Origin: Fidelibacterota bacterium
GTDB taxonomy: Bacteria; Fidelibacterota; Marinisomatia; Marinisomatales; TCS55
Assembly: GCA_002724735.1 (NCBI GenBank)
Contig: PBPT01000082.1
Span: forward strand, 41,016 to 105,015
Reading direction: 5' to 3'
Length of the DNA stretch: 64,000 bases
The notes below the pieces were generated by a model. That model worked only from the letters and a program-made list of their open reading frames with translations. It was not told the DNA's origin and made no database searches. The translations under genes were made by a program, and so were the position numbers. Shown here in pieces: positions 1 to 9,156 of this stretch (its first letter is position 1; every line of letters begins with the position of its first letter).

Positions 1-1635
1 TTTGATTTGATCACGTGTAATCTTATCATTTGGCTCAAACAAATATGGTTTAGCAAGTAGCTCAAGCTGTCCACGTAAGTATACAACTAGTCTAGCAACA
101 TTGATTCTATCTAATGCACTTGCATTTTTAGCACGAGTCTTTTGACCAAATACAACTAATCCTGCTCCGCTCATAAACGTAATTGGATTAATCTTATTTG
201 AGTACAATGTATCACGCTGTCCTGTGTTTAATGCAACTGCTTTAAATTCGCCTTCGCTAGTAATAAAACCACTTGAAGTTGCGTTCGATACTCCACCACG
301 TCTTGTTCCAGCTGGTGCAAACCAGGGGAACGCCACTTGGTCGTTTAGTACTATTGTACGTAGTGCCATATGACTTGCTGGAACAACAATGTTGTTGCCT
401 GCATTATCGCTTGTAAATCCTGCTGGATAGTACATTCCAAGATACTCATCAAAGCTTACTGCTCCGTTGTCATTATCTTCTAGTGCAGTTCTAACATTAG
501 TTGCCCACTCATTAAGCGATGTTGCATCTGGTGTTAATCTAAATGGTGTGTCGCCTACAACAAATGCTGTTAAGCGTCTGTCAGTATTTAAAGTAATCAT
601 TTCACCAATTAGTTCTGGATAACCTGGGCAAGCTAGCAAGTTAAACTGACGTGATTCTTCGTCACGTATGTCAGTGTTGCTATTGACCATTGCTTGTAAA
701 GCCTGTACTACAGATTTACGTTGTGCATGACGCCCAAATGTTCCTGAACCATCTTCAGCATTTCCTGAATCAGTTACCCAACGATGTGGATAGTAAGCCG
801 CCATTGAAGCATCACCTTGTCTAGTGTTAAGTGCAGTTACATCAATTGCATTTCTTACAAATTTCTTAACGTTAAATCCGCTTCTACGTAGATTCCAAAG
901 AATCATACCTTGTGGATATAATGCTGGATCAGGTGCATCTGGATCTAAGAAATCACTAGTAAGCAGTTCAGCTATTGTGCTTGAAGGAGCATTACTAGTT
1001 GTTCCCCCTGTTGCACCAAATCTTGCATCTGCAAAAAGTACACCATTTTCTGTAGTTTGATCTGCTTTATCTAACAGTACCCATTTAGAAGTAGTACCGT
1101 TCCATCTGTAAATTCCTGGATAATCTTCAACACTAGCTGTGCTAATCCAAATATCTCCATCAACTAAAGCTGTTAAGTCTGATTGTGTAGTAGGCTCTTT
1201 TGCCGCTACAATCGGACCTGCTGGATCACAGTTTGCATATGCTCCACTGTAATTATGATAACCAACCCATGTAGTTCCGTTATGAATCATAAGGTCTACT
1301 TCGTCTACAACTGAACTATACCATAATGTACCATTTTCAGTTAAGCTAGTTGGTGCAGTGCTTGAAGCTGTGTAAGTTAATTCTTTCCAGTTTGAAGCTA
1401 CCCAATCACTTGCAGTATCGCCTGTTGGTGCAGTATATAAATTAGCTGTACCAGTACCGTTTGCAAAATTATAAACAGCAAAGCCAATTAGTGCTAATCC
1501 ACCATCTGTGTCTTTGATTCTAATTTCGCCACCTAGTTTGTGGGAAATTTGTATTTTGTTACTTGAGTCAACTATTGCTGTAATGTTTTGGAAACCTGCG
1601 GCATTAATTGCTCCTGCAATTACATCTGCATCACT
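1..1635 (-). CDS. gp18: Tail sheath protein, C-terminal part (partial, continues past window start); in frame with 1636..3066 but downstream of an in-frame TGA
   Basis: Manual codon-by-codon check: the minus-strand frame shared with 1636..3066 has no stop in all 545 codons from 1635 down to 1. It is missing from the ORF track only because it runs off the window. It ends ..SALDRINVARLVVYLRGQLELLAKPYLFEPNDKITRDQIK, like the T4 gp18 C-terminal region (..FDRINVRRLFNMLK..). Confidence 0.8.
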
Positions 1636-3066
1636 TCATGCGCCTGTAGCAGTAACACTAATAGTTTTCATAGCGTCTAAAGCTTGTTGATTTGCTTTTG
1701 ACTCTTGCATATTAAATGCATATGCTTGACTACTTAATTGTGTGGTTACTGCACTAGAAGTAATTTTAGTTGCTCCAGTAGCCGCTCTTTGGAAAATTTT
1801 GCTATTAGCAATAATCGGGCTTACTTCTTCAACATTTGTATTAACATACAAATCACCTAATGCGATACCTGCTCCGCCACCTGATTTATCAAGTGCAAAT
1901 AGTGCGGCATGGTTTGTATCATAAATTGGTGCTGTAATTGTTGACCAAAGTTGCGTAGAAGTGGCATACTTCTTTACTTTGTAATTTGCGCCACCGTTTG
2001 GAGTAGTTGTTTTAATCCAAAGGCTTCCTGTTGGTGCAGGTTCTGAATCACCTGACTTATACTGAGGTACACTTGTATGCGGTGCAATAGTAAGCTTAGG
2101 TGCTTCATAAGTTGCCGCAGATACACCAGTATCTGTAAGTATAGTTCCTGTACCGTTAGCAATAACAACATCTGCACCAGTTGAATAAATTTCTAGTGCT
2201 CCGTCTACTGCCGCCGCTGTAATTCCTGCAATAGATGCAGTATTAATATCTGAAGCCAAAGCTGTAACTGTAGTACCAGCTAATGTAACAGTAGTAGCAT
2301 TAATTACCACTGTATTTCCGTTACTTAATGTAGGATTAGAAGCTGTGCCTGTCACTACTGGATGGCTAGCTGACCAGTTGGTCGATCCAACTTCAACCCA
2401 TGCTCCTGCCGCTACACCTGCTCCAGAATTTCCTTTTGACTTAAAATAAAATTTGTTAGTTGTAGTTGTTGCAACAACTGCATAATCACCAATTGCTCCT
2501 ACAGAAGCTTTTGGTATGCCAGATGCTATGTTGCCAACTAAGTCTGTTAACTTAGTAATTACTTTTGGTGTTTGTGAAGAAAAGCTTTGGCCGCCTGTTG
2601 TAGTGATTGCCGCCGCATTCCATTCTAAAATACCAAACAAGCTATTAAGTGTATCAAACCAATGTGCGCCATCTGCTGGCTCACCGCCTGGTGCTGTTGC
2701 ACTTGCTTGTAGTTTGCCTAAATCTAGGTCTGCTCTAACAACATATGCTCTGTTTGTTACGCCTAGTAAAGAGTATGCTGTTTGTAGTCCATACTCGTTT
2801 AACTCTCCGCCATGTATCATATTGCCGTTTGAGTCTGAATAAAATTTTGGATCGCCGAATGTTTCACCAAGCTCTCTTTGGCTGGTGATCAAATAAGGCT
2901 TACCAGCGTTTGCTTTTAGTGTTCCCGCTGCCGTTCCTGCGCCTGAACTGCTTGTCTTGTTAGAAGCAGTAGCGACAAAAATCATTGGTACCGTACCAGC
3001 CGCCGCTGGGGTGTAGAATGATTCGTCAATTACTTTGACTTCTACGCCTGGTGAAGTTAATGCCAT
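1636..3066 (-). CDS. gp18: Tail sheath protein, N-terminal part, terminated by TGA at 1636..1638
   Basis: 476-aa ORF. N-terminus MALTSPGVEVKVIDESFYTP resembles T4 gp18 MTLLSPGIELKETT. GGAG SD upstream. The stop is followed in the same frame by the conserved sheath C-terminal half. Confidence 0.8.
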   Translation of the reverse strand: MALTSPGVEVKVIDESFYTPAAAGTVPMIFVATASNKTSSSGAGTAAGTLKANAGKPYLITSQRELGETFGDPKFYSDSNGNMIHGGELNEYGLQTAYSLLGVTNRAYVVRADLDLGKLQASATAPGGEPADGAHWFDTLNSLFGILEWNAAAITTTGGQSFSSQTPKVITKLTDLVGNIASGIPKASVGAIGDYAVVATTTTNKFYFKSKGNSGAGVAAGAWVEVGSTNWSASHPVVTGTASNPTLSNGNTVVINATTVTLAGTTVTALASDINTASIAGITAAAVDGALEIYSTGADVVIANGTGTILTDTGVSAATYEAPKLTIAPHTSVPQYKSGDSEPAPTGSLWIKTTTPNGGANYKVKKYATSTQLWSTITAPIYDTNHAALFALDKSGGGAGIALGDLYVNTNVEEVSPIIANSKIFQRAATGATKITSSAVTTQLSSQAYAFNMQESKANQQALDAMKTISVTATGA

Positions 3067-3101
3067 TTTAGTTCTCCTGTTGGATATCGTTTTACTAACT
3101 G

Positions 3102-3109
3102 TATTTATG
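3102..3109 (-). promoter_or_regulatory. T4-type late promoter box (CATAAATA on minus strand) upstream of sheath gene
   Basis: Plus-strand tatttatg = minus CATAAATA, about 36 nt upstream of the ATG at 3066. The same NATAAATA box recurs in front of many structural genes, and a gp55-like sigma factor is encoded in the window. Confidence 0.5.
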
Positions 3110-3176
3110 TCTATAGATTAATTTCACCCTATATATTAGCATAAAAAAGGGACCAAAAAGGTGAGCTAAATACAGT

Positions 3177-3512
3177 ATGCGTCCTTTATGCAAATGTAAG
3201 CAACGGCCTGCGGCCATAAACTATTATAAAGATGGTAAACCCTACTATAGAAAGCTGTGCGAAAAATGTTTACGCAATGGTCTTAATCATGGAGTGCCTA
3301 AGTGGCAACAATATGGTTATGAAAAAAAAGAAGTTTGTGAAAAATGTAACTATAAAAGCAAACACTCAGAAGTATTTAATGTTTTCCACATAGACGGGGA
3401 TTTAAATAATTGTAGACCTACAAATTTAAAAACAATTTGTGCTAACTGCCAGCGTATTGTACAGAAGCAAGGGGTTCGCTGGAAACAAGGTGACCTTCGA
3501 CCTGACTTTTAA
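3177..3512 (+). CDS. HNH-motif endonuclease-like protein (free-standing homing endonuclease candidate)
   Basis: 111 aa. ..FHIDGDLNNCRPTNLKTICANCQ.. fits the HNH (beta-beta-alpha-Me) pattern, with flanking CxxC pairs (CEKC, CANC). Lone plus-strand gene between two minus-strand genes. Its last 71 nt overlap the convergent ORF 3442..4092. Confidence 0.55.
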   Translation: MRPLCKCKQRPAAINYYKDGKPYYRKLCEKCLRNGLNHGVPKWQQYGYEKKEVCEKCNYKSKHSEVFNVFHIDGDLNNCRPTNLKTICANCQRIVQKQGVRWKQGDLRPDF

Positions 3513-4092
3513 GATCTTGTATAGTCCCATCATTATACAAAATTGCATCAAAATGGTTATTAGTATCAATCCATTTATATTCACTAGCATGTATATCATA
3601 TGCAGACATTAAATCACTTCCTGTTTGGTTATCTAATATTGCTTGACCAAACCATTCAGGATCTGTACCACGTTTTACTTGCCAAATTTCTCCGCCAAGA
3701 TCTCTAATAACATTTTGTTCATTTCGAAATCTCACATCAGGAATAACAAATTCTTTAGTAGGATTGTTAATTATTTTTTGTTTTACCATGCTTACCCATA
3801 TACCATCGTAAAAGCCATTACGCATACAATCAGTGCCAAACTCTTGTAAAACTAACCTAGGTGTAATTTCACGGCCTGTTTCCTGTGTCCAAAACTGGTC
3901 AACTTGTTCTCTCCATTGCCTAGATATATGACTATCACCTTCTAGCATATCCCTATCCCAACTGAATAGTTCAGCTACTGCATCTTTTAGTTTATCTGCA
4001 AATGATATTTTTTCAAAACCGTACTCGTCTACAAGATAGTCACTTACTGTACCTTTACCGGAACCAATAAGTCCACAGATACCAATAATCAT
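3442..4092 (-). CDS. gp1: Deoxynucleoside monophosphate kinase (T4 gp1-like)
   Basis: 216 aa. P-loop GLIGSGKGT. ..VIPDVRFRNEQNVIRDLGGEIWQVKR.. and ..YNDGTIQDLKSQV.. parallel T4 gp1 ..IVPDTRQDHEMDAARAMGATVIHVVRPG.. and ..TNDGSLEELFSKI.. (from memory). Confidence 0.7.
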   Translation of the reverse strand: MIIGICGLIGSGKGTVSDYLVDEYGFEKISFADKLKDAVAELFSWDRDMLEGDSHISRQWREQVDQFWTQETGREITPRLVLQEFGTDCMRNGFYDGIWVSMVKQKIINNPTKEFVIPDVRFRNEQNVIRDLGGEIWQVKRGTDPEWFGQAILDNQTGSDLMSAYDIHASEYKWIDTNNHFDAILYNDGTIQDLKSQVEGHLVSSEPLASVQYAGS

Positions 4093-4119
4093 AAAATGTC
4101 TCCTAAGTTTATAGTAGTT

Positions 4120-4148
4120 ATTATATGATAATTTTAGCTTGTTGTCAA
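4120..4148 (-). promoter_or_regulatory. Sigma70-type early promoter, perfect consensus TTGACA-N17-TATAAT
   Basis: Minus strand reads TTGACA (4148..4143), a 17-nt spacer, then TATAAT (4125..4120). 27 nt follow, including AGGAG, before the ATG at 4092. Confidence 0.7.
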
Positions 4149-4155
4149 GTGGTTT

Positions 4156-4914
4156 TTAGCCGATTAAAAAGCCATAGCCTTGTCCGCCTGCTACTGCGGT
4201 GCTTACTTCTTGCTCTAACTTTTCCATTTCAGCTTGTGCTTCTGATTTAAGTGCATCACCGTTCAAAGTACTTCCGCCCCCAGGACCAGCTATAGTAGCA
4301 AATTTACTCCTTGCTTCTCCTAACATGTACTTACATGATGCTAAAGTGTAGTCTTTAATCCATTGCTTTGCAAGATAGTCTGATAGTAATTGTGTGTCTG
4401 GTCTGTAGTTATATGCATAAAGCAATAGATCTTCTTCTGCACGTGGACGTTGTAGCAACGTAAGTTTCTTAGTAGTTGTATTCCATTTAAATTCAATAAA
4501 ACTACCAAACATACGTCCTACTAGCTCTTGATGTTGTGCAAATAAATCATATGTTGCTAATCCGCCTAACTTAGAGCCTGATAGCAAATATGTATTTGTA
4601 TAGGCCATGTTAAATGGTTCAAACAACGAGCCTCCGTCTGTACCTCCAGTCCTAGAACCTATTGACCTTCTAAATAGCTTTCTTATTTCAATTACTTCAT
4701 CAGGTAGTATATATTCGTTTTGATCTACTACTGTAGTCAAAAACAAGTATGATTCTTCAACACTATTATCTGATCTTTGTCTAAATTTACTTAAAGCTTT
4801 GCTAAGTGCGGTTTCGTAATGAACAGGGTCTAATTCTACATCAATCATGCCACCACCTAAGGACGCATTTACGTAGTCATATACCTCTTGTTTCATTGTT
4901 GCTAGCTCAGACAT
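4156..4914 (-). CDS. gp13: Neck protein (T4 gp13-like)
   Basis: 252 aa. ..GGGMIDVELDPVHYETALSKALSKF.. matches T4 gp13 ..[25 protein letters not shown]... C-terminus ..QWIKDYTLASCKYMLGEARSKF..GYGFLIG matches T4 gp13 ..[29 protein letters not shown] (from memory). Confidence 0.7.
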   Translation of the reverse strand: MSELATMKQEVYDYVNASLGGGMIDVELDPVHYETALSKALSKFRQRSDNSVEESYLFLTTVVDQNEYILPDEVIEIRKLFRRSIGSRTGGTDGGSLFEPFNMAYTNTYLLSGSKLGGLATYDLFAQHQELVGRMFGSFIEFKWNTTTKKLTLLQRPRAEEDLLLYAYNYRPDTQLLSDYLAKQWIKDYTLASCKYMLGEARSKFATIAGPGGGSTLNGDALKSEAQAEMEKLEQEVSTAVAGGQGYGFLIG

Positions 4915-4932
4915 TCTCTACTCTCCATATAG

Positions 4933-4953
4933 TATTTATCGTTACGATAAATA
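4933..4953. promoter_or_regulatory. Back-to-back late promoter boxes (GATAAATA on each strand)
   Basis: tatttatc at 4933..4940 (minus GATAAATA, serving gene 4156..4914) and gataaata at 4946..4953 (plus). The plus box ends 5 nt before the ATG at 4959, which predicts a leaderless or near-leaderless late mRNA. Confidence 0.45.
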
Positions 4954-4958
4954 TACAT

Positions 4959-6119
4959 ATGCCAAGACTGTCTTTATATAAACCAGAACGCGGTAACGAT
5001 TTTCATTTTCTTGACAAGCAAATTCAGGAAATGTTCACTGTTGGCGGTACTGATATCAATGTTCACAAGTATTTAGGTGCTAGGAACCCATCATCTGCAG
5101 AATCAACGTCTGATCAACCAAGATATGATGCTGTAAAAGAAACTAATATACAAGATCTATTATTTTTAGAAAATAGAGATAGAAAATATGATCCAGACGT
5201 ATATACAATGCGAGCAGTATACAATGTACAGGATATAGATTTTGATCTAAGCCAATTTGGTTTATTTTTAAGTAATGATACATTGTTTATGACCATACAT
5301 ATTAATAGTTCTGTGAAAACATTAGGCAGAAAAATTATGAGTGGTGATGTAATAGAATTACCACACTTAACAGACGAATACGCTTTAAATGATTATGATG
5401 TAGCCCTAAAGAGATTTTATGTTGTAGAAGATGTAAACAGAGCCGCAGAAGGCTTTAGTCAAACATGGTATCCTCATTTATACAGGCTTAAATTAAAGCA
5501 GATATACGATACTCAAGAATACAAAGAAATATTAGATTTACCTGCAAGCGAAAACTCAAGCAATACATTAAGAGATGTACTTTCTACGTATGAGAAAGAA
5601 ATGCAAATTAATAGAGCAGTAGTAGCACAAGCTGAACAAGACGCACCTAAGAGTGGGTTCGACATAAGTCATTTTTACTCTATTGCAACAAATGACGACG
5701 GTTCAGTGGCACTACAAACTGCTGACGAAACAGATTTAGATGCTTCTATGATCAATACTACAGCAGACGAAATAGCTGATAGACCAGACAGAGAAGGATA
5801 TACAGGTTACTTAGTAGGTACAGGTGATGCCGCTCCAAACGGTGCTCCTTTTGGATTTGGAATAGCATTTCCAAAAGATAATAGGAATGGAGACTACTTT
5901 CTACGCACTGACTTTTTGCCTAACAGAATGTTTAAGTTTGATGGCAACAGGTGGGTTAAACAAAATGATGATATTAGAATGACACTAAGTAACACATTAG
6001 AAAAACAAACACAGAAGGCAAGCTTTATTAATAATACAGCGTCAAGTACAATTAATGGTGAAGTTGTACCAGAAAGACAAAGCTTATCTAAAGCACTTCG
6101 TCCAAAAAAGGATAACTAA
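4959..6119 (+). CDS. Virion protein in the gp14 (neck) position; function not verified
   Basis: 386 aa from ATG 4959 (MPRLSLYKPERGNDFHFLD..). The track ORF starts at 4806, but that extension overlaps the opposite-strand gene 4156..4914. It overlaps the gp15-like gene by TAATG, which is the gp14 position in the T4 13-14-15 order. Confidence 0.6.
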   Translation: MPRLSLYKPERGNDFHFLDKQIQEMFTVGGTDINVHKYLGARNPSSAESTSDQPRYDAVKETNIQDLLFLENRDRKYDPDVYTMRAVYNVQDIDFDLSQFGLFLSNDTLFMTIHINSSVKTLGRKIMSGDVIELPHLTDEYALNDYDVALKRFYVVEDVNRAAEGFSQTWYPHLYRLKLKQIYDTQEYKEILDLPASENSSNTLRDVLSTYEKEMQINRAVVAQAEQDAPKSGFDISHFYSIATNDDGSVALQTADETDLDASMINTTADEIADRPDREGYTGYLVGTGDAAPNGAPFGFGIAFPKDNRNGDYFLRTDFLPNRMFKFDGNRWVKQNDDIRMTLSNTLEKQTQKASFINNTASSTINGEVVPERQSLSKALRPKKDN

Positions 6120-7543
6120 TGCAACATTTTTATGACGGACAGATTAGACGCTATACAACACAAATGATGCGTATTCTAAGTAATTTTCCTGTTATAGACG
6201 GAGACGGGCAAACTAAAGAAGTACCTGTAATGTATGGTGACCTTACTAGGCAAGTTGCAAATATTATAAGAGAAAATAGTGAAAATAAACTACCTAGTGC
6301 TCCGCGAATAAGTGTTTATATAACAGGATTAGAACTAGATAAAGATAGGTTAACAGATTCAACTTACACTAGAAAAACTAATATACGTGAACGAGCATAT
6401 GATGAAACTGCAAAAGAATATGTCAACACAGAAGGCAAAGCATATACAGTGGAAAGACTTATTCCTACTCCTTACTTAATGAGGTGTAATGCAGACATAT
6501 GGGCAAGTAACACTGATCAAAAATTACAATTACTTGAACAAATTTTAGTATTGTTTAATCCTAGTTTAGAAATGCAAACAACAGATAATTTTATTGACTG
6601 GACAAGTATTACAGTTGTACATTTAGAAAATGTTCAATGGAGTAGTAGAAGTGTGCCAGTTGGCGTAGACACAGAGATAGATATTGCTACACTTAGTTTT
6701 AGTATTCCTGTGTATATAAGTCCGCCTACTAAAGTACGTAAGATGGGCGTCATTACAAATATTATTACAAGTATGTTCGATGAGACAAACGGAACAATCG
6801 AAGATGGCATATCTCAACCTCAATTAAATGCATATGACGATACATCATTGCCAGGTAAATCAACTGACTCTAGAGGTTCAAGGGTTGGTTCAACAGCTGG
6901 TGGACATTCAGCTAATGTTAACTTTGCCCAATGGACAGTATATGTAAGTCAAGGAAATGCACAGCTAGTTGCTAACGGTATGGTCGGTGTTAAAAACTGG
7001 AGAGAAATATTCACTGCACTACCTGGTGTTTATGCCGCAGGAGTAAGCAGAATATTCTTAACAAATGATGATAATTCTATGACTGCTACAGGTACTTTTG
7101 CTATTAATCCTCTTGATGAGGGAATGATTGCTATTGATTTTGATACCGATAGTTTCCCTGCAGATACTATTATTACAAGTAGTTCGGGCTCTAGAACATC
7201 AGTAGATTATGTTATTGATCCTACAAATTATGATCCTACTCCTATTAAAGTTTCAGGACTTAGATTGTTACTATTAGATAATGTAGGTGATGCAGATGCA
7301 ACTAATGTTCCAAATGCTTGGGCTAATGCAGATGGTACCGGATTTGTTGCAAAGATAAATGATATTATTGAATGGGACGGCTCCAAATGGAATATTATAT
7401 TTGATGCATCGGCAACTACAACAACCACATATATAACTAACCTACATACACAAACCCAATACAGATTTAAAAACCAAGAATGGTTATTAAGCATAGACGG
7501 AGACTATCCAGTAGGGACCTGGAGGATCGAACTCAGCGGATAA
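6119..7543 (+). CDS. gp15: Tail sheath stabiliser / tail completion protein (T4 gp15-like) with long C-terminal extension
   Basis: 474 aa. MQHFYDGQIRRYTTQMMRILSNFPV matches T4 gp15 MFGYFYNSSFRRYATLMGDLFSNIQI. About 200 aa longer than T4 gp15. Confidence 0.75.
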   Translation: MQHFYDGQIRRYTTQMMRILSNFPVIDGDGQTKEVPVMYGDLTRQVANIIRENSENKLPSAPRISVYITGLELDKDRLTDSTYTRKTNIRERAYDETAKEYVNTEGKAYTVERLIPTPYLMRCNADIWASNTDQKLQLLEQILVLFNPSLEMQTTDNFIDWTSITVVHLENVQWSSRSVPVGVDTEIDIATLSFSIPVYISPPTKVRKMGVITNIITSMFDETNGTIEDGISQPQLNAYDDTSLPGKSTDSRGSRVGSTAGGHSANVNFAQWTVYVSQGNAQLVANGMVGVKNWREIFTALPGVYAAGVSRIFLTNDDNSMTATGTFAINPLDEGMIAIDFDTDSFPADTIITSSSGSRTSVDYVIDPTNYDPTPIKVSGLRLLLLDNVGDADATNVPNAWANADGTGFVAKINDIIEWDGSKWNIIFDASATTTTTYITNLHTQTQYRFKNQEWLLSIDGDYPVGTWRIELSG

Positions 7544-7551
7544 TTACTTGT

Positions 7552-7992
7552 ATGAGTGCAAGTATTATATGTAGTGGAGCTTTATTCTATACTCTAAACA
7601 CGAATCGCTTTTTATTTTTACATCGTAGTAATGGTAAAAAATCTGATGTTTGGGGGTTAGTAGGTGGCACAAATGAAGCAAAAGAAACTCCATGGGAAGG
7701 TCTCAAAAGAGAAATAATTGAAGAAATTGGTGAACTTCCTCCTCTAAAGAAAACGTTGCCACTTGAAAGTTTTTTAAGTAATGATAAAAAATTCTTATTC
7801 CACACTTATCTTTGTATTGTAGAAGAAGAATTTATTCCGCAACTTAACAAAGAACATGACGGTTTTGCTTGGTGTAGTTTTACTAAATGGCCAAAACCCT
7901 TACATCATGGACTACGTAACACACTACAAAGTAAAATTAATCTTACAAAACTTGAAACTGTTTTTCAAACCATTAATTTACTTGACAAATAA
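7552..7992 (+). CDS. Nudix hydrolase
   Basis: Nudix box GGTNEAKETPWEGLKREIIEEIGE (GX5EX7REUXEEXGU). Start set at ATG 7552, 8 nt after the gp15 stop, instead of track start 7480, which overlaps gp15. Confidence 0.8.
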   Translation: MSASIICSGALFYTLNTNRFLFLHRSNGKKSDVWGLVGGTNEAKETPWEGLKREIIEEIGELPPLKKTLPLESFLSNDKKFLFHTYLCIVEEEFIPQLNKEHDGFAWCSFTKWPKPLHHGLRNTLQSKINLTKLETVFQTINLLDK

Positions 7993-8010
7993 GGCAAATA
8001 ATAGTATAAT
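7982..8010 (+). promoter_or_regulatory. Sigma70-type early promoter, perfect consensus, for the heptose operon
   Basis: ttgaca at 7982..7987, a 17-nt spacer, tataat at 8005..8010. Only 6 nt (agttat, no SD) lie between the -10 and the hldE ATG at 8017. Confidence 0.7.
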
Positions 8011-8016
8011 AGTTAT

Positions 8017-9156
8017 ATGAAAGTTCTAGTTCTTGGAGATATAATTACTGACAAATACATCTACGGTACTTCTACACGTATTAGTCCTGAGGCTCCTGTG
8101 CCAATAGTGAATCTTACAGATGTTAAAACTTCATTAGGTGGCGCTGGTCTTGTAAGTAGCAATTTAAAAAATTTAGGTGTAGATGTAACATTAGTATCTA
8201 ATGAACAACCAAAAAGTGTAAAAACTAGAATTATAGCTGATGGACACTACATTACAAGACTAGATGAAGATCAAAAAGCAGACGGAAAAGCTGTATTAAA
8301 AAATATTCTCAAAAGTGATTTTTCTTCATTTGATTATGCTATACTAAGTGATTATAACAAAGGTGTATTAGATCACTGTAATGAAATTATAGACCATATT
8401 AATAGTTATGGCTGTAAAGTTATTGTAGATCCAAAACGTAATTATACACATTACAAAAATGCATGGCTTGTAAAACCAAATGCAAAAGAATATAAAGAAT
8501 TTCAGTTTGATAAGCACGAAGGAAATATTATTGTTACAAATGCATCTGGTGCTATTAGAGCAGAGTTTGATGGCGAGCAACATTTTATTATACCTGAACA
8601 GGTTGAGGTTAGTGATGTTACTGGAGCAGGAGATTGTTTCTTAGCGGCATTTGTATATGGTCTTACAAAAGGTAAAAACATAAAAGATAGCTTAGAACTT
8701 GCATCTAAAGGAGCAACCGAAAGTGTTAAGCACTTAGGAACGTACACGCTTTCATTAGATGATATTGAAGAAACCACTGTGTTTACTAACGGTGTTTTTG
8801 ATATATTGCACAAAGGACATTTGCATTTACTTCAAGAAGCTAGTAAACTAGGAAGTCGTCTTGTTGTAGCAATTAATTCAGATGATAGTGTAAAAAGATT
8901 AAAGGGTAATGATCGCCCTATTAATGATGTAAAAAAACGCACTGAACAATTAGCAATGTTACCTTGGGTTGACGAGGTACATGTTTTTGATTATGATACT
9001 CCTTATGAACTTATAAAACATATAATGCCAAGTATAATTGTAAAAGGAGGCGATTATACTACAGATACAGTTGTAGGTAATGACTTAGCAGAAGTGAAAA
9101 TTATTCCTACGTTAGAAGGTTATTCTACAACAAAAATAATAGAGGATATTAAATGA
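8017..9156 (+). CDS. hldE: Bifunctional D-beta-D-heptose 7-phosphate kinase / D-beta-D-heptose 1-phosphate adenylyltransferase
   Basis: 379 aa. GDIITDKYIYGTSTRISPEAPVPIV and DVTGAGDCF match the E. coli HldE kinase domain. TNGVFDILHKGHLHLLQEASKLGSRLVVAINSDDSVKRLKG..VKGGDY matches the adenylyltransferase domain. Confidence 0.9.
   Translation: MKVLVLGDIITDKYIYGTSTRISPEAPVPIVNLTDVKTSLGGAGLVSSNLKNLGVDVTLVSNEQPKSVKTRIIADGHYITRLDEDQKADGKAVLKNILKSDFSSFDYAILSDYNKGVLDHCNEIIDHINSYGCKVIVDPKRNYTHYKNAWLVKPNAKEYKEFQFDKHEGNIIVTNASGAIRAEFDGEQHFIIPEQVEVSDVTGAGDCFLAAFVYGLTKGKNIKDSLELASKGATESVKHLGTYTLSLDDIEETTVFTNGVFDILHKGHLHLLQEASKLGSRLVVAINSDDSVKRLKGNDRPINDVKKRTEQLAMLPWVDEVHVFDYDTPYELIKHIMPSIIVKGGDYTTDTVVGNDLAEVKIIPTLEGYSTTKIIEDIK

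Noticed and set aside
1560-1635. SECIS-like hairpin downstream of the sheath TGA (selenocysteine)
   Set aside because: By eye I found only weak 3-4-bp stems (e.g. UUGC-AGGA-GCAA) in the ~60 nt after the UGA, and nothing resembling a bacterial SECIS. A computed fold would be needed to be certain.
1636-1638. Genome-wide reassignment of TGA (code 4/25-like) as the explanation for the in-frame TGA in the sheath gene
   Set aside because: TGA ends several well-supported genes at positions that match homolog lengths and ATGA coupling (9154..9156, 9759..9761, 11648..11650, 19973..19975). ORFs of 1590-2125 aa contain no in-frame TGA. The standard code fits everything else.
1508-1690. 60-aa plus-strand ORF spanning the sheath TGA position
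   Set aside because: It is antisense to an uninterrupted sheath-coding frame, has no SD, and has a hydrophobic nonsense-like sequence. It does not explain the stop codon.
4806-4958. N-terminal 51 codons of the track ORF 4806..6119
   Set aside because: The extension overlaps the opposite-strand gp13-like gene and has an implausible sequence (..HQSCHHLRTHLRSH..). ATG 4959 follows a late box, and the product begins with a sensible MPRLSLYKPE.
7480-7551. N-terminal 24 codons of the track ORF 7480..7992
   Set aside because: The extension overlaps the end of the gp15-like gene in another frame. ATG 7552 lies just after the gp15 stop and precedes the Nudix fold.
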